This document shows, piece by piece, positions 39,328 through 51,910 of a stretch of 64,000 nucleotides of DNA (position 1 is the stretch's first letter; every line of letters starts with the position of its first letter). The position numbers and the translations under genes were made by a program. Under the pieces are notes generated by a model. The model saw nothing but the letters and a program-made list of their open reading frames with translations. It made no database searches and had not been told where the DNA came from. Source of the stretch: Eledone cirrhosa (Eukaryota); assembly GCA_964016885.1 (NCBI GenBank), contig OZ024744.1, forward strand, positions 79,298,001-79,362,000. The letters run 5' to 3'.

Positions 39328-39522
39328 CTCTCGGGTCCCAAATAATAGTGGGGGGTAATAATCACAAAGGAGGGGTCGGTTTTTCTGCTAGTGTTTTTTA
39401 ATGTATAAAGAAAATTAATTGTCACGGGAATGCTACCAATTAAAATAAAATTTCGCTGGAGATAGATTAGCAAAATTTAATGTGTTGGGGTGGGGGTGAA
39501 GGCGTTATTCTAGACCCAACAG
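39328..39522. mobile_element. TA-flanked MITE (Tc1/mariner-like)
   Basis: TA|CTCTCGGGTCCCAAATAAT ... GTTATTCTAGACCCAACAG|TA; longer relative at 51310-51667 shares an internal block. Confidence 0.7.
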
Positions 39523-40187
39523 TAGATCTCAGTCGCCTTTATCAGAGTCTACTTAGTTGCAAACATCTGGACTAGGTCTCTTGTTTAAGGATACCTTCAT
39601 TCCTCTCACCCAACAGTCTTGAAGGTCCTGAAATGGATTGTAGAGTACTTTCCTTTTCTCCTTCAATACACAAAATAAATAAATAAAAAGGAAGAAAAAA
39701 ATGAGGTAAAATCTATGGTATGCCGATGTGGTCATTATAAGTCTGAAACATGTCTGAAGTTATCTTCCATGTTTGCTAAAATAATTAAAGTAAAAAGCAT
39801 TATGGGCATCACCAGATACCTTGGTAAAGCGAGCTGCCAACGATGTCAAGAAATTCATTGTCAGCAGTCGAGTTTCACTAAACGTCAAAAAAAAAAAAGT
39901 AGGAAAAAATATTAGTTCAATGCTTCCTTCGTTAACATATTAACACTTGATTAAGGCTTTCATTATCATATTTATAATAATTTCTAATTTATGTACAAAG
40001 CCAGCAATTTTGAAGGGAGGGGAAAGTTGATTAAATTGACCAGGTATTTAAGTGGTACTTTATTTTATCAACCCTGGAAGGATGAACGACAAATTTAACC
40101 TTGGTAAGATTTGAACTCAGAACGAATACTGCTAAATAGTTTCCCAATGCTTTAACAACCCTTCCAATCCAATGCCCTTACCATGGA

Positions 40188-40498
40188 ATGGACGGCATCC
40201 GTCGGTTATGAAGACGAGTGTTCCAGTTGATCAGATCAACGGAACAGTCTGCTCATGAAATTAATGTACAAGTGACTGAGCATTCCACAAACGCGCGTAC
40301 CCTGAACGTAGTTCTCATGGAGATTCGGCGTGACAAGGCTAGCCCTTCAAATTTTACAGGTACAACTCATTTTTGACAGCTGGGTGAACTGGAGCAACGT
40401 GAAATAAAGTATCTAGCTCAAGGACACAGCGTGTCACCGGGAATCGAACTCATGACCTTACGATCGTGAGCGGAATTCCCTAACCACAAAGCCACGCC
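40188..40498 (-). mobile_element. tRNA-headed CORE-type SINE with a different tail (octopus OR-like)
   Basis: GAGTTCGATTCC B-box, GTGTCCTTGAG...TTTATTTCACGTTGCTCCAG core, GATCAACTGGAACACTC tail; fragments at about 28845-29085 and 38885-39020. Confidence 0.8.
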
Positions 40499-40787
40499 CT
40501 TATCATACTTCTAATGAAAGGCACTAACTACCTGTGATGTTTTAATAATTATGGGATTTATCTAAATTTTTGAGGTAGGTAGTAAAATAACTTACTTTTA
40601 TGTTTTCAAGCCTATTTTTTTAGAACATAACTTAAAATGTTGTTACATAAGATTATGATTGAATTTAAATTAAAATAAAACAAACAATTTTGTATCATAG
40701 AACCTGGAGGCGTGGAACTACTTAGATCGATCTTACATGACAGATATAAAGTTATTTTGTATTTTATTTATCTTATAACGAGACGAT

Positions 40788-40913
40788 TTCCTCTGATGAT
40801 TAGTTCCACGTCTTCTGGGGCAGTACCAAAATCCATATTTGGTAATCAATAAACGATTACTTAGATTGATTTTGAATCCGGTTCTAGGAGCTATGAAACA
40901 GCGCTGTAAGGAA
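40788..40913 (+). ncRNA. type I hammerhead ribozyme with long stem II insertion
   Basis: ttcct-CTGATGA-t tagttcc...ggagcta t-GAAA-cagcgctg-TA-aggaa; all core nucleotides intact. Confidence 0.75.
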
Positions 40914-41235
40914 TTTTAGTTTCTCCACCTTAAAACATATTCATCATACATATTGTATATGTTATGATACTTTAAATTAGTATATATATTTTATGAACAG
41001 ATTAAAGTTTAAGCAAAGAATCGCTGCTTTCGCCCTTTTACAGGATCAGTTTCAGAAGATCCCGTAAAAGGGTGAAAGCAGCGATTCTTTGCTTAAACTT
41101 TAATTTGTACATATAATAAATATTTGCTCTACAGAATTTATATATATATATATAATCCTTATCGAGGATTTAAGTCTTCACAGTTATTATTACTATGTGT
41201 GTGTATATATATATATATATACACATATACATATA

Positions 41236-42840
41236 AGAGATCACTAAACATTTAAAAATAGATAAATGAACAGAAAGCTTAGCTAAACGTAGTGCTTATA
41301 TCAATTTGAAAGATCATAAGAATAATCTTAATAATAAGTCTATTTGTAGATTAACAAACCTCACTAGAACCGAAATAGGACTAGCCAGTAATAAGATTCT
41401 AAGAGATATAAATAAATGTACTAACAGTAAGGACATCCTTTTACAGTGGATTAACACGTTTTCAGCAATATCTTCGTTTAAGAATATCCCTGATAAAAAT
41501 AAAACTGAGTTTACTCAGTTTGACATCAACTTCTATTCCTCTATTTCCCGTTCACTTTCAGGTAGAGCTTTACACTTTGCTCATGGATTCGGTCTGATTA
41601 ATGACCAGAAATTAGATGTTATGCACGCCAGAAAAATTTACCTGGGTTAAAAAAAATCAAGCCCAGAAGTCTGTTGTGATGTTTTGATGGGGTTCATATG
41701 ACAGCACAGATATCTGTGATTTGGTTGTGTTATTTATCTTAAGGAGAAATTTCCAGAGCACAGTATTGGCCTATATCGTGACGATGGCCTGGTGGTCTCC
41801 CATAATAACAACGGTGATTGCCTAGATAAGTTCCGTAAAGATTTAGTATAGACATTTGAGGAATTATGCCTCCACATAACCGTAGATACTAACTTAACTA
41901 ACGTGAATTTCTTAGATACCATCAGCCTAATAAAAAATTAAGTTATATCAACAGTAGGTCGTGTCACACCCCTCCCAGTAGTATTTAAAAACCTGGTTTC
42001 TAACATTAGTCGTAGGATATTGACTTTATCTTCCTCTAAAGAAATATTCGATAAGGCGGCCCTATATTACAATAAAGCTCTTAGTGATTGTGGTTTCAAA
42101 GAGAGGATTACATATATGCCAATAGTAATAACCAAAATAGAACTAAAACTAAAAATAGAAAAAGAAAAATCATGTTTCACTCCACCCTACTCCCTAGCAG
42201 TAAAGACCAACGTAGGTAGAAAATCCTTACAACTAATAGATAAGCACTTCTCACCCTCTCCATGGGTAGAGTAAGATATTTAACAGGCAGTTGGTGAAAG
42301 TCAGCTACTTTTGCAACTCGTCGATGAGGTTTAAAATAATCACAACATGAATACTAAAGGATGCAAAATGAACACCAGGATGCTCATATAGCAAATAAAA
42401 AAATAAAAAAATACTGCCTCCGACATGCAACACAACATCAGTGGTCGACGAAGCTACAATTGTAACAAATGTAAATGGCTAGTCGACTGCAAATGAACGA
42501 TGTGCGGGAGTGACCACTTCAAATAGCGTCATTATTCACACATTGCGTCATTTAGAAACCAGCATCTGAAAAGAAAAAAAAACTGCACTGACTACCTGCA
42601 TATGGGAACTTAAAGATATGAGCATACCACATAAGGTATAATGGAGCATCTTGGAAAAGACCAAGCCCTATATTAAAGGGCAAAAAGTTGTTCGCTCTGT
42701 ATAAGCGATATTAGAGGGTTTGAAGCCTACCACCAGATACCTGAACAACAAAACCGAGGTGTTCAGAAAATGCCCACATATGAACATACACCTGCTTGTG
42801 GCATGGGCCAACAATATCACGAACCCACAAACGCCTTAGA
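41236..42840 (+). pseudogene. decayed Penelope-like element RT + GIY-YIG (same type as 62954)
   Basis: QFDINFYSSI, MGSYD..ICDLV, LYRDDGL, NFLD, FTPPYS..VKTNVGR motifs across frameshifts. Confidence 0.8.
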
Positions 42841-43339
42841 CACAACACCAGCATACGTATAGTTAGTTACATACAAATGCACATATATAATATGTATCCT
42901 ATACAAATATTCATATGTCTTTACGATTGATAACCAATTTCACAGTAATATCACATACCCATAAACATCTTGGAAGAATTCACACCAAGATACTCATAAA
43001 GGTGTACACAGATACACACATAAATAGTATTTCACTGTAATACATACCACGATACATCATATAAATGAGTCGTTCCCCTAACTTGAGAATACAGTTTAAT
43101 AGCTGATCCACAATTATATTAAGCAAGAGTTATTCCCCTTGAATTAGGGGAAAAAATTAAGGCAGAGGGTAATGTCCCCTGCACCTAACGAACGAGGTCT
43201 CACGTTAATAGCATCGGTCATCTTCGTTTACAGTCGCCTGAAAGATAACGTATCATGCATATTCCTAATTTACCAATCTAGCATACATGCAGTGTTTGAA
43301 ACCGGAGGTAGCAACTTTTATGTGTTGAAGACATTAACC

Positions 43340-43447
<108 letters not shown>

Positions 43448-44320
43448 TGGTGGCTGCCAACTCGTTTTCGAGTACGGCCACTACTTTATATCCATGTAGG
43501 AGAACCCCTACCGATGCGCTGAACGAGTGTGACTTTTTAGTCCAGCCAGCGACTTGAAAACTCTGGTACAAACACTACACTTGTGACAATTATTGACACC
43601 TAGTGCTGGGCCCATGGTACCATATGACGACAAGTGCAGAGAGATCTCCAGATATAAAGCAATGCCTGTGCCGTGAAGCTTTTATAGTGAGCAAAGGCAC
43701 TGCACAAAGCCAGTCCCACTCTCTTAACCAAGATGATATTTACCAAAAAGAAGAACAAGTCAACATTATTGGATACCATCATACATACATACATACAAAC
43801 ATACATACATACAAACATACATACATACATACATACATACATACATACATACATACATACATACATACATACATACATACATACAAGGTATACGAAAATC
43901 GTTGATATTAGCTCAATGATCTCCGGCCAATGTCTCACTTACTCAATAAATCTGCAAGATTGCAGTAATGCAACTGCCTAGTTCCTGAATGCACACATTT
44001 TAGTTAATAGCAAATACAGAGGCTGTGTTTTGCTACAGGTACGTTAAACATCTCTCTCCTGGATGGAATCTGTTTCTGTGCATTATACTTCACAAATACA
44101 GATATTAAATCTGTAGTGTTCAGAAAATTACATATTATCAGCAGAGAGTTAAATAATTGGGCAGATTTTATTTCTTCAGTGGCCCATGTCAATACTTTGT
44201 CTTTTTATTGTGTGTGGTAATGCGCACCGCTTCGATAATGAATCTAACAGTTCATGCTAACCTGACTCTTGACCTCTAATGAAAATAGAGGAAGACCGCT
44301 GTGAGACAAAAACATGTGAT

Positions 44321-44362
<42 letters not shown>

Positions 44363-44488
44363 CAATGAAATTAAACACAAAACTGTTAATTCATAGTAAA
44401 ACACATTATTTTACGATCGTTTCTGGGGGGTAGTTCCCTGTATAGTTTAAGCCCTACCATTAAGTGGTAGATTTATCTGTGTTATCTG

Positions 44489-44573
<85 letters not shown>

Positions 44574-44842
44574 TGAAACAAAATGAAAACGAAATTTCAT
44601 TTCTCACTCTTAGTATGGCACTTACTTAAATGTAAGTATGCATGTATACGTACATACATATATGTATACAGACGTACAGTAGCATGCACATATATATATA
44701 TATATATATATACATATATACATACATATGCATACAGGTACACATATTTAACTCACTCAATATGCAAATTAGGCTGCTCAGCCGTTAATTTTCATAAGGA
44801 AAGTATATACTTTCGAACGTTCAACTATCTGGCAGATGGGTA

Positions 44843-44887
44843 AACGGTGCTGATGATAGCTAACAAGCTTGAAACTAGTACATCGTT
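44843..44887 (+). ncRNA. minimal type I hammerhead ribozyme
   Basis: aacggtg-CTGATGA-t agct aaca agct t-GAAA-ctag-TA-catcgtt; palindromic stem III ACTAGT, GUA cleavage site. Confidence 0.88.
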
Positions 44888-45131
44888 CCTGTGTCAGTGT
44901 TGAACAAAAAGGTGACGTGGTTGCCTTAACACCGTATGGCATAAATTCAGGCTGTTCAGTTTGTTTACAAACGAACAAAGCGACGTGAGCGCCGCTAAAC
45001 TGATACGTGCATATATGTATGTGTACCTGTATGCATATGTATGTATATATGTATATATATATATATATATGTGCATGCTACTGTACGTCTGTATACATAT
45101 ATGTATGTACGTATACATGCATACTTACATT

Positions 45132-45164
<33 letters not shown>

Positions 45165-45175
45165 GTGTATATGTG

Positions 45176-45206
<31 letters not shown>

Positions 45207-45275
45207 GTATATGTGTATATGTATATATATATATGTATATATATATATATGTATATATGTATAAGTATACATATG

Positions 45276-45300
<25 letters not shown>

Positions 45301-45307
<7 letters not shown>

Positions 45308-45811
45308 AAATTGAGGTTGGTAATGGCACATGGAATATATAAGAGACAGAATACTTTTTTGTGAAAAAACATAATTTTATAAGGTAAGGAAATAATAAAG
45401 GGTATAAAAAATGACCGGTTTCGATGGGTCTGCAAAAGCCATCTTTTCAAATGTTGATTAATATTAAGAAAAATTAATAATACGAAGAGTTAAAATTTGA
45501 GACTTGAAAATTCAAGTATAAAATTCATTGTGGGATTTCATAGCAGTTTTCATCTAGGTAGCAACAACAGGTTGACTGCTGTGTCCCTTTCTGGTAGTGA
45601 ATGAGAAGTTATTTGGGGTGTGGGTTATTTTATAAAGGTCAGATTTAGCAATCACCAACTGGCCAGCTGCTGGTCAGTGAGGGGGTGGAAGCAATATACA
45701 TACACATATCTTCCTGTGATGGGTAGGAGAGTGGAGCGTGATAGAAAGGGATTTAGTGCACTTACACCTATATATACACACATACCTTCATCCACACATA
45801 CATACATATAC

Positions 45812-45864
<53 letters not shown>

Positions 45865-45929
45865 CACACATACATACACACACACATACATATACATACA
45901 CACATACACACACACACATATATACACAT

Positions 45930-45965
<36 letters not shown>
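45301..45965 (-). repeat. inverted copy of the PLE 3' region (about 48530-49197)
   Basis: near-perfect reverse complement, including microsatellite details. Confidence 0.9.
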
Positions 45966-45976
<11 letters not shown>

Positions 45977-46109
45977 TAACTATCAAAGAAGCCGATAAAG
46001 GCAGTACTGTTGTCATTATGAATACGGACTACTATAGGACCTCGCACTTAACATTTTAGAAAACAACACATACTATGAAAAAACAGAAAACTACAAACAC
46101 ACCAAAACA

Positions 46110-47864
46110 ATGGGGAACCTTTTGACCTTACTGAATAAATACCGCAACAGCTTAACCACAAAAGAGTTTAACTATATAAGCCACTTCAAATGCAATACAA
46201 GCTCTTTTTACGGCTTACCGAAACTTCACAAATGTAAACCCATAAACGATGCATGTGACACCTCAACCAACAATTACATTGAACTAACACCACCAGAAGA
46301 CCTAAAACTCAGGCCAATTATAGCAGGCCCTACATGTGAAACCCACAGACTTAGCAACTTTCTGGACATCCTACTGAAACCCTTTCTACAACATATACAG
46401 AGCTACATACGAGATGACCTTGACATGCTGAAACACCTCCCTAAAACAGTAAGTGCAAATACAATTCTTGTCTCCTTTGACGTAATAAACCTCTACACAA
46501 ACATACCTCACAACTATGGAATAACAGCAGTCCAATACTGGCTTAACACACACCCATCAGAAATACCGACACGCATCAACACAGATTTTATCACTGACGG
46601 ACTCCGCTTTATCCTACAAAATAACTACTTCACATTCAATGGTTCAACATACAGACAAGTATCAGGTACGGCAATGGGCACGAAAGTAGCACCCACATAT
46701 GCCAACCTAGTCATGGGATTCCATGAACAACAAATATACAGTCAGTCCCTTCTCTTATTTGGAGACTCTTTCCACACACACCTCAAAGCCAATTGGAAAA
46801 GATATCTAGACGACTGCTTTATCCTATGGCAAGAAGACATGAACTCACTTACTACGTTTAAAAACATGATAAACAACATAGATAATAACATACAATTCAC
46901 AATGGAATCCAATCCTAAGGAATTAGCCTTCTTGGATATTCTCATCTCTGTAATAGACGGGAAATTAGATACAGATATATTCTATAAACCCACAGATTCC
47001 AAGCAATACCTCTTTTTCACATCAAGTCACCCAAAACATACAAAACTTAACATTCCTTACAATTTGGCCAAACGTATATGTACCATAGTATCAGATCCAC
47101 CTAAACGGGAGCAAAGACTAAAGGAACTAAAAGACACCCTTATCTTAAGAGCCTTTCCACTTGAAATAATCAACAATGGAATAGACAGGGCAAAACACCT
47201 AAATCCCCATCAACTTAACAATCCAAAACAGAAAACCACACTCAACACCCTGCCATATGTATCCACTTTCAACCCCAGAAATACCGAAATGTTTGATCAC
47301 CTACACAAAAACCTCCCCATCCTACTTAAAGATGTAAAAATGAAGTCTATTCTTGAAACACACAAGATCCTTAAAAGTAAAAGACAACCCAAATCACTTA
47401 AACGCATTCTCACTGGACCAAATATACCCAAACCAATCCTCAACCCTACAGTTACCAAATGTGGTAGAACAAACTGTGGAACGTGCCTCTACCTCACTGA
47501 AGGACAAACATTTACATTCAAAGATGGCCAAACATTTACAGTAAAAAACAATTTCACCTGCAACTCGGAGAACTTGATTTACGCAATAACTTGCGGTGGG
47601 TGCAAACACAACTACATAGGACAGACGGGCACCTCATTACGCAAAAGAATGACCATCCACCGCCAACAAATCCGGGACGCTAACACAAGAAAAATCCCCT
47701 TGAGCAGCCATATTGCGAACTGCGCAGGAATGACACTACCCAACTTTAAAATCTTCCCCTTCTACAAGTGCTCAGATTCGTTCACACAACAACAAAGAAT
47801 AAACAAAGAAAATCTATTCCTTAACAAATTTAAACCAAAACTAAACGGGTTATCACCCCAATAG
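46110..47864 (+). CDS. PLE reverse transcriptase + C-terminal GIY-YIG endonuclease (584 aa open, N-terminus truncated and frameshifted at about 46036)
   Basis: FYGLPKLHK, RPII, SFDVINLYTNI, GTAMG, RYLDDCF, FLD; Cys linker CGRTNCGTC; LIYAITCGGC..NYIGQT..LRKRMTIH. Confidence 0.9.
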   Translation: MGNLLTLLNKYRNSLTTKEFNYISHFKCNTSSFYGLPKLHKCKPINDACDTSTNNYIELTPPEDLKLRPIIAGPTCETHRLSNFLDILLKPFLQHIQSYIRDDLDMLKHLPKTVSANTILVSFDVINLYTNIPHNYGITAVQYWLNTHPSEIPTRINTDFITDGLRFILQNNYFTFNGSTYRQVSGTAMGTKVAPTYANLVMGFHEQQIYSQSLLLFGDSFHTHLKANWKRYLDDCFILWQEDMNSLTTFKNMINNIDNNIQFTMESNPKELAFLDILISVIDGKLDTDIFYKPTDSKQYLFFTSSHPKHTKLNIPYNLAKRICTIVSDPPKREQRLKELKDTLILRAFPLEIINNGIDRAKHLNPHQLNNPKQKTTLNTLPYVSTFNPRNTEMFDHLHKNLPILLKDVKMKSILETHKILKSKRQPKSLKRILTGPNIPKPILNPTVTKCGRTNCGTCLYLTEGQTFTFKDGQTFTVKNNFTCNSENLIYAITCGGCKHNYIGQTGTSLRKRMTIHRQQIRDANTRKIPLSSHIANCAGMTLPNFKIFPFYKCSDSFTQQQRINKENLFLNKFKPKLNGLSPQ

Positions 47865-48468
47865 AATTGTCATAAAATATAAACACACATACGCACGGAA
47901 TCACTACTATTAAAGACCAGAGACCAATTCTGTAGAATCAGGTTTATTCATTGACAGACCATGCCTTTGTGTGACCAACACATCCATGTTAAACCCTGCA
48001 CGTGCACACACATATATCTATATATATATGTGCACACAGAATTCACCACTGTCGGTTGCGGGGCCCAATCTACATGAAGAACTCAATGTGATCAGAATGA
48101 CTTGTATTTTAATTTCACTGCCCCAACTTCTTATATTATGGAAAAAATATATGTGTCTGTATGTATATATATATATATATATTTGAAGGCCATTTCTCTG
48201 TGTGTGGGTGTATGTATGTGTATATGTGTGTGTGTGTGTATGTGTGTGCATGTGGATGTATGTATTGTGTGTGCGTGTGTGTGTGTGTGTGTGTATGTAT
48301 GTGGGTATCTGGATGTATGCGTATGTGTATATATATATATATGCGTGTGTGTGTGTGTGTGTGTATATATATGTGTGTGTATGTGTGTATATATATGTGT
48401 GTGTGTGTGTGTGTATGTTTGTATGTGTGTATGTATATATATATGTGTGTGTGTATGTATGTGTGGGG

Positions 48469-48522
<54 letters not shown>

Positions 48523-48533
48523 ATATATATATA

Positions 48534-48580
<47 letters not shown>

Positions 48581-48645
48581 ATGTGTATATATGTGTGTGT
48601 GTGTATGTGTGTATGTATATGTATGTGTGTGTGTATGTATGTGTG

Positions 48646-48688
<43 letters not shown>

Positions 48689-49044
48689 GTATATGTATGT
48701 ATGTGTGGATGAAGGTATGTGTGTATATATAGGTGTAAGTGCACTAAATCCCTTTCTATCACGCTCCACTCTCCTACCCATCACAGGAAGATATGTGTAT
48801 GTATATTGCTTCCACCCCCTCACTGACCAGCAGCTGGCCAGTTGGTGATTGCTAAATCTGACCTTTATAAAATAACCCACACCCCAAATAACTTCTCATT
48901 CACTACCAGAAAGGGACACAGCAGTCAACCTGTTGTTGCTACCTAGATGAAAACTGCTATGAAATCCCACAATGAATTTTATACTTGAATTTTCAAGTCT
49001 CAAATTTTAACTCTTCGTATTATTAATTTTTCTTAATATTAATC

Positions 49045-49092
49045 AACATTTGAAAAGATGGCTTTTGCAGACCCATCGAAACCGGTCATTTT
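49045..49092 (+). ncRNA. degenerate hammerhead motif in PLE 3' region
   Basis: TTGAAAA-gatgg/ccatc-GAAA-ccgg-TC-atttt; mirrored at about 45410-45457(-). Confidence 0.55.
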
Positions 49093-49228
49093 TTATACCC
49101 TTTATTATTTCCTTACCTTATAAAATTATGTTTTTTCACAAAAAAGTATTCTGTCTCTTATATATTCCATGTGCCATTACCAACCTCAATTTTCTCTATA
49201 ACCTTCGTTTTGTGTAGAAAATTACACT

Positions 49229-49266
<38 letters not shown>

Positions 49267-49319
49267 AAAAAAGATGAAATCGAAAATGCAACTGGAGTCT
49301 TTTATTAAAAAATATATTT

Positions 49320-49486
49320 ATTTGGTTCCACTCAGTGCACATCTAGACATAGGCGCAAGTAATAAGACACCCAAATTCCAAGTCTTCCCATTTTATCTTT
49401 GCGCTGACAATACAACAGAACAAATACGAATGAATAAGGAAAATATGTTTATTCAAAAATGTAGACCAGCATTAAATATAGTTTAA
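49320..49486 (+). pseudogene. PLE GIY-YIG C-terminal fragment of a related subfamily
   Basis: PLSAHL..PKFQVFPFYLC..RMNKENMFIQKCRPALN aligns to the end of the 46110 ORF. Confidence 0.75.
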
Positions 49487-49682
49487 TATACATTATGTCA
49501 ACACTATAACATGCTAACCATCCAAACAGACACATACATACACACACACATAACTTCTATTTTCGAAAATAAAAACCAGAGCTAAATAAACCTTAACATA
49601 CGTTAATACTCTAACACCTTAATATGCTAACCACACACCCCATGCACACATAACTCCCTCCCCCATTTCTACTCACTTTCTA

Positions 49683-51278
49683 ATCATCATCATCATCATC
49701 ATCGTTTAACATCTATCTTCCACGCTAGCATGGGTTTAGACGGGAATTGTCCCACTTGAGGCAATATTGGTCGTCTCACTCGTATAGGACTGTCTGGCAG
49801 GTTTTCTACGGCTGGATGCCCTTCCTAACACCAACCACGTTTACAGTGTGGACTGGGAGGTTTTTACTGTTACCTACACGGCCACATTACAGCGTGGACT
49901 GTGTTTTTTTGTCGTGGCACCTACACAACCTCATTTATTTGGACTGGATGTTCTGTGGTACCAACATAACTTTACGGAGAAAGGGGTGGTGTGGATGGGG
50001 GTGGGGTGGGGGAGTTGGGTTAGTGGGTTGGGGGTGTGTATTTGATTAAGAGGTGCCTACTGACTGTAGGTTTCGCTTTGTACTTAGACAAGGCGGGTTT
50101 TCTGTATTACTTCGTAGCGCCAAAGATCTCGGTCCAGTGACATTGTCTTAGAGAGGTGTCAGTGTGTAAGGTCGGAATTTATCAAATCATCCCAGGTTTT
50201 TCAATTTTGATCGCCCTGCACTTTTTTATACAGCTGTCGTCTTTCATGTGCATCACGTGACCATACCAACTAGTCTTCTCTCGAGTAAACAACATCTGAT
50301 CCCTCTTATATCTAATTTCTCACTTAGTTCGTTTATGCTTTGCCGTTCACGTATATTACTATTACACATCCAACAGAGCATGCAAGCTTCGTTTCTCTCC
50401 AGTCTGCGTAGATCCTCTGCACACAATGCCCAGGTCTCACTGCCATGTAACATTGCTGTTCGTATGCAGGCATCATACAGTCTGCTTTTCATTTTTAGAG
50501 AGAAACCTTTAGCAGCCAATAGTGGTATAAGCTCTCTGAACTTTTTCCATCCCGTTCTGACTCTGGCTACTGTACTTTCTGAGCACCCTCCACCACTGCT
50601 GATTTTGTCACCCAGGTAACGGAAAGTGTCCACTATTTCTATAGAGCCATCTGGGCAATAGAAGGAGCTAGTATTCTGTGGGCACTTGCTACTTATTGCA
50701 CCTGAGCATCGGGCACATATAAAATCTACGTTCTTAGATAGCTTACCTGTGATTCCACTACATCTTTTATGTACCCATAGTTTGCATTTGGGGCATAAAA
50801 TGGAATTTCTGCCTACTCCTTTCCTACACACTGAGCATGGCCATTTCCCAGAGGGGACCTGTGCCCTATTTTCCTTCCTACATACTAGAATTTTAGTCTT
50901 AGACAAGTTAATTTTAAGGCCTTTTGATTCTAGGCCATGCTTCCATGTTTGGAATTTCTTCTCTAGTTCAGCCATCGATTCAGCTATGAGCGTTTGATCA
51001 TCTGCATATAGGAGTTCCCATGGGCAGCCGGTCTTGAACTCCTCTGTTATAGCCTGAAGTTCAATAATAAATAGGAGGGGGCTAAGGACAGAGCCCTGAT
51101 GAACACCAACTTTTACGCTAAATTCTTCAATATATTCGTTGTTAATTCTAACCTTGCTGACTGTTTCTTTATACATGGCTTGTATAACTCTCACAAGTCA
51201 TTCATCAACCCCTAGTTTTCTAAGGGCCCACCAGATAATGGCGCGGGGGACTCTGTCAAATGCTTTCTCGAAGTCAGC
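49683..51278 (-). mobile_element. 5'-truncated RTE-clade LINE
   Basis: DFEKAFDRVPR, GVHQGSVLSPLLF, LLYADD, Cys-rich insert, FRYLG, HGSETW; 3' UTR ends in (ATG)n. Confidence 0.9.
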
Positions 51279-51910
51279 AAATATATATATATATATATAT
51301 ACACATATACTCTTGAGCCCCAAATAATAGAGGTGTTTGTGGAATAAGCGAGGGGGTGGAGAGGCTGGTAATCTTTTAAAGTTGTCTCTGTTGGTTTTTT
51401 AAAGAACCAGAATTAGTCGTTTAGTTTACATATAGAGAGCCCCAACCCATCGTATTTATTTCATAACATATGGGATTTCTAGTAATATACTTTTTTGTCA
51501 TGTATAATATATATTAATATCTAAAGAAACATAATTGTCGCAGGAATGCTACCACTTAAAATAAAATTCCGCTGGAGATAGATTAGCAAAATTTAATAAG
51601 CTGGAGAGGGAAGGGGGTTTGAAAAATGAATAAGTGGTGGAGGAGACGATTATTCAAGACCCAAGAACATATGTAGTGATGGAATTTATTTTTGTATTGG
51701 TGGTGAGAATCGATATTGATCCGTTGTTTGGTGGTTTATGTTCATTGTGGCATGGCAGACGTAGTAGTAATTTGTTGTTGGGTTGGTGGGTGATTATGTA
51801 TAAGTTAGAGTTGTCCTATATAAAGCACTGAGTGAAATGCTGTTGAATGAACAAATAAAATATGATTGCTACTAAAATATATTTGTTAAATTAATAATCT
51901 ACTACAAGGT

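Larger units (their letters stand above)
45970..49235 (+). mobile_element. 5'-truncated Penelope-like element, Neptune-type
   Basis: ADKG motif at about 45990, RT + GIY-YIG ORF, 3' region with HHR-like motif, ends in (TA)n. Confidence 0.88.

Noticed and set aside
43600-44290. Non-repetitive-looking sequence with short ORFs
   Set aside because: No recognisable protein motif or convincing splice-site pair.
44395-44440. Half hammerhead (GAAAcgatcgTA, minus strand) between TA tracts
   Set aside because: No CUGANGA segment; a truncated relic only.
44961-48880. Many YIYI/VCVC/HTHT ORFs here and at 9919-11521, 18034-18377, 57249-58473
   Set aside because: Translations of (TA)n, (CA)n and (TG)n microsatellites.
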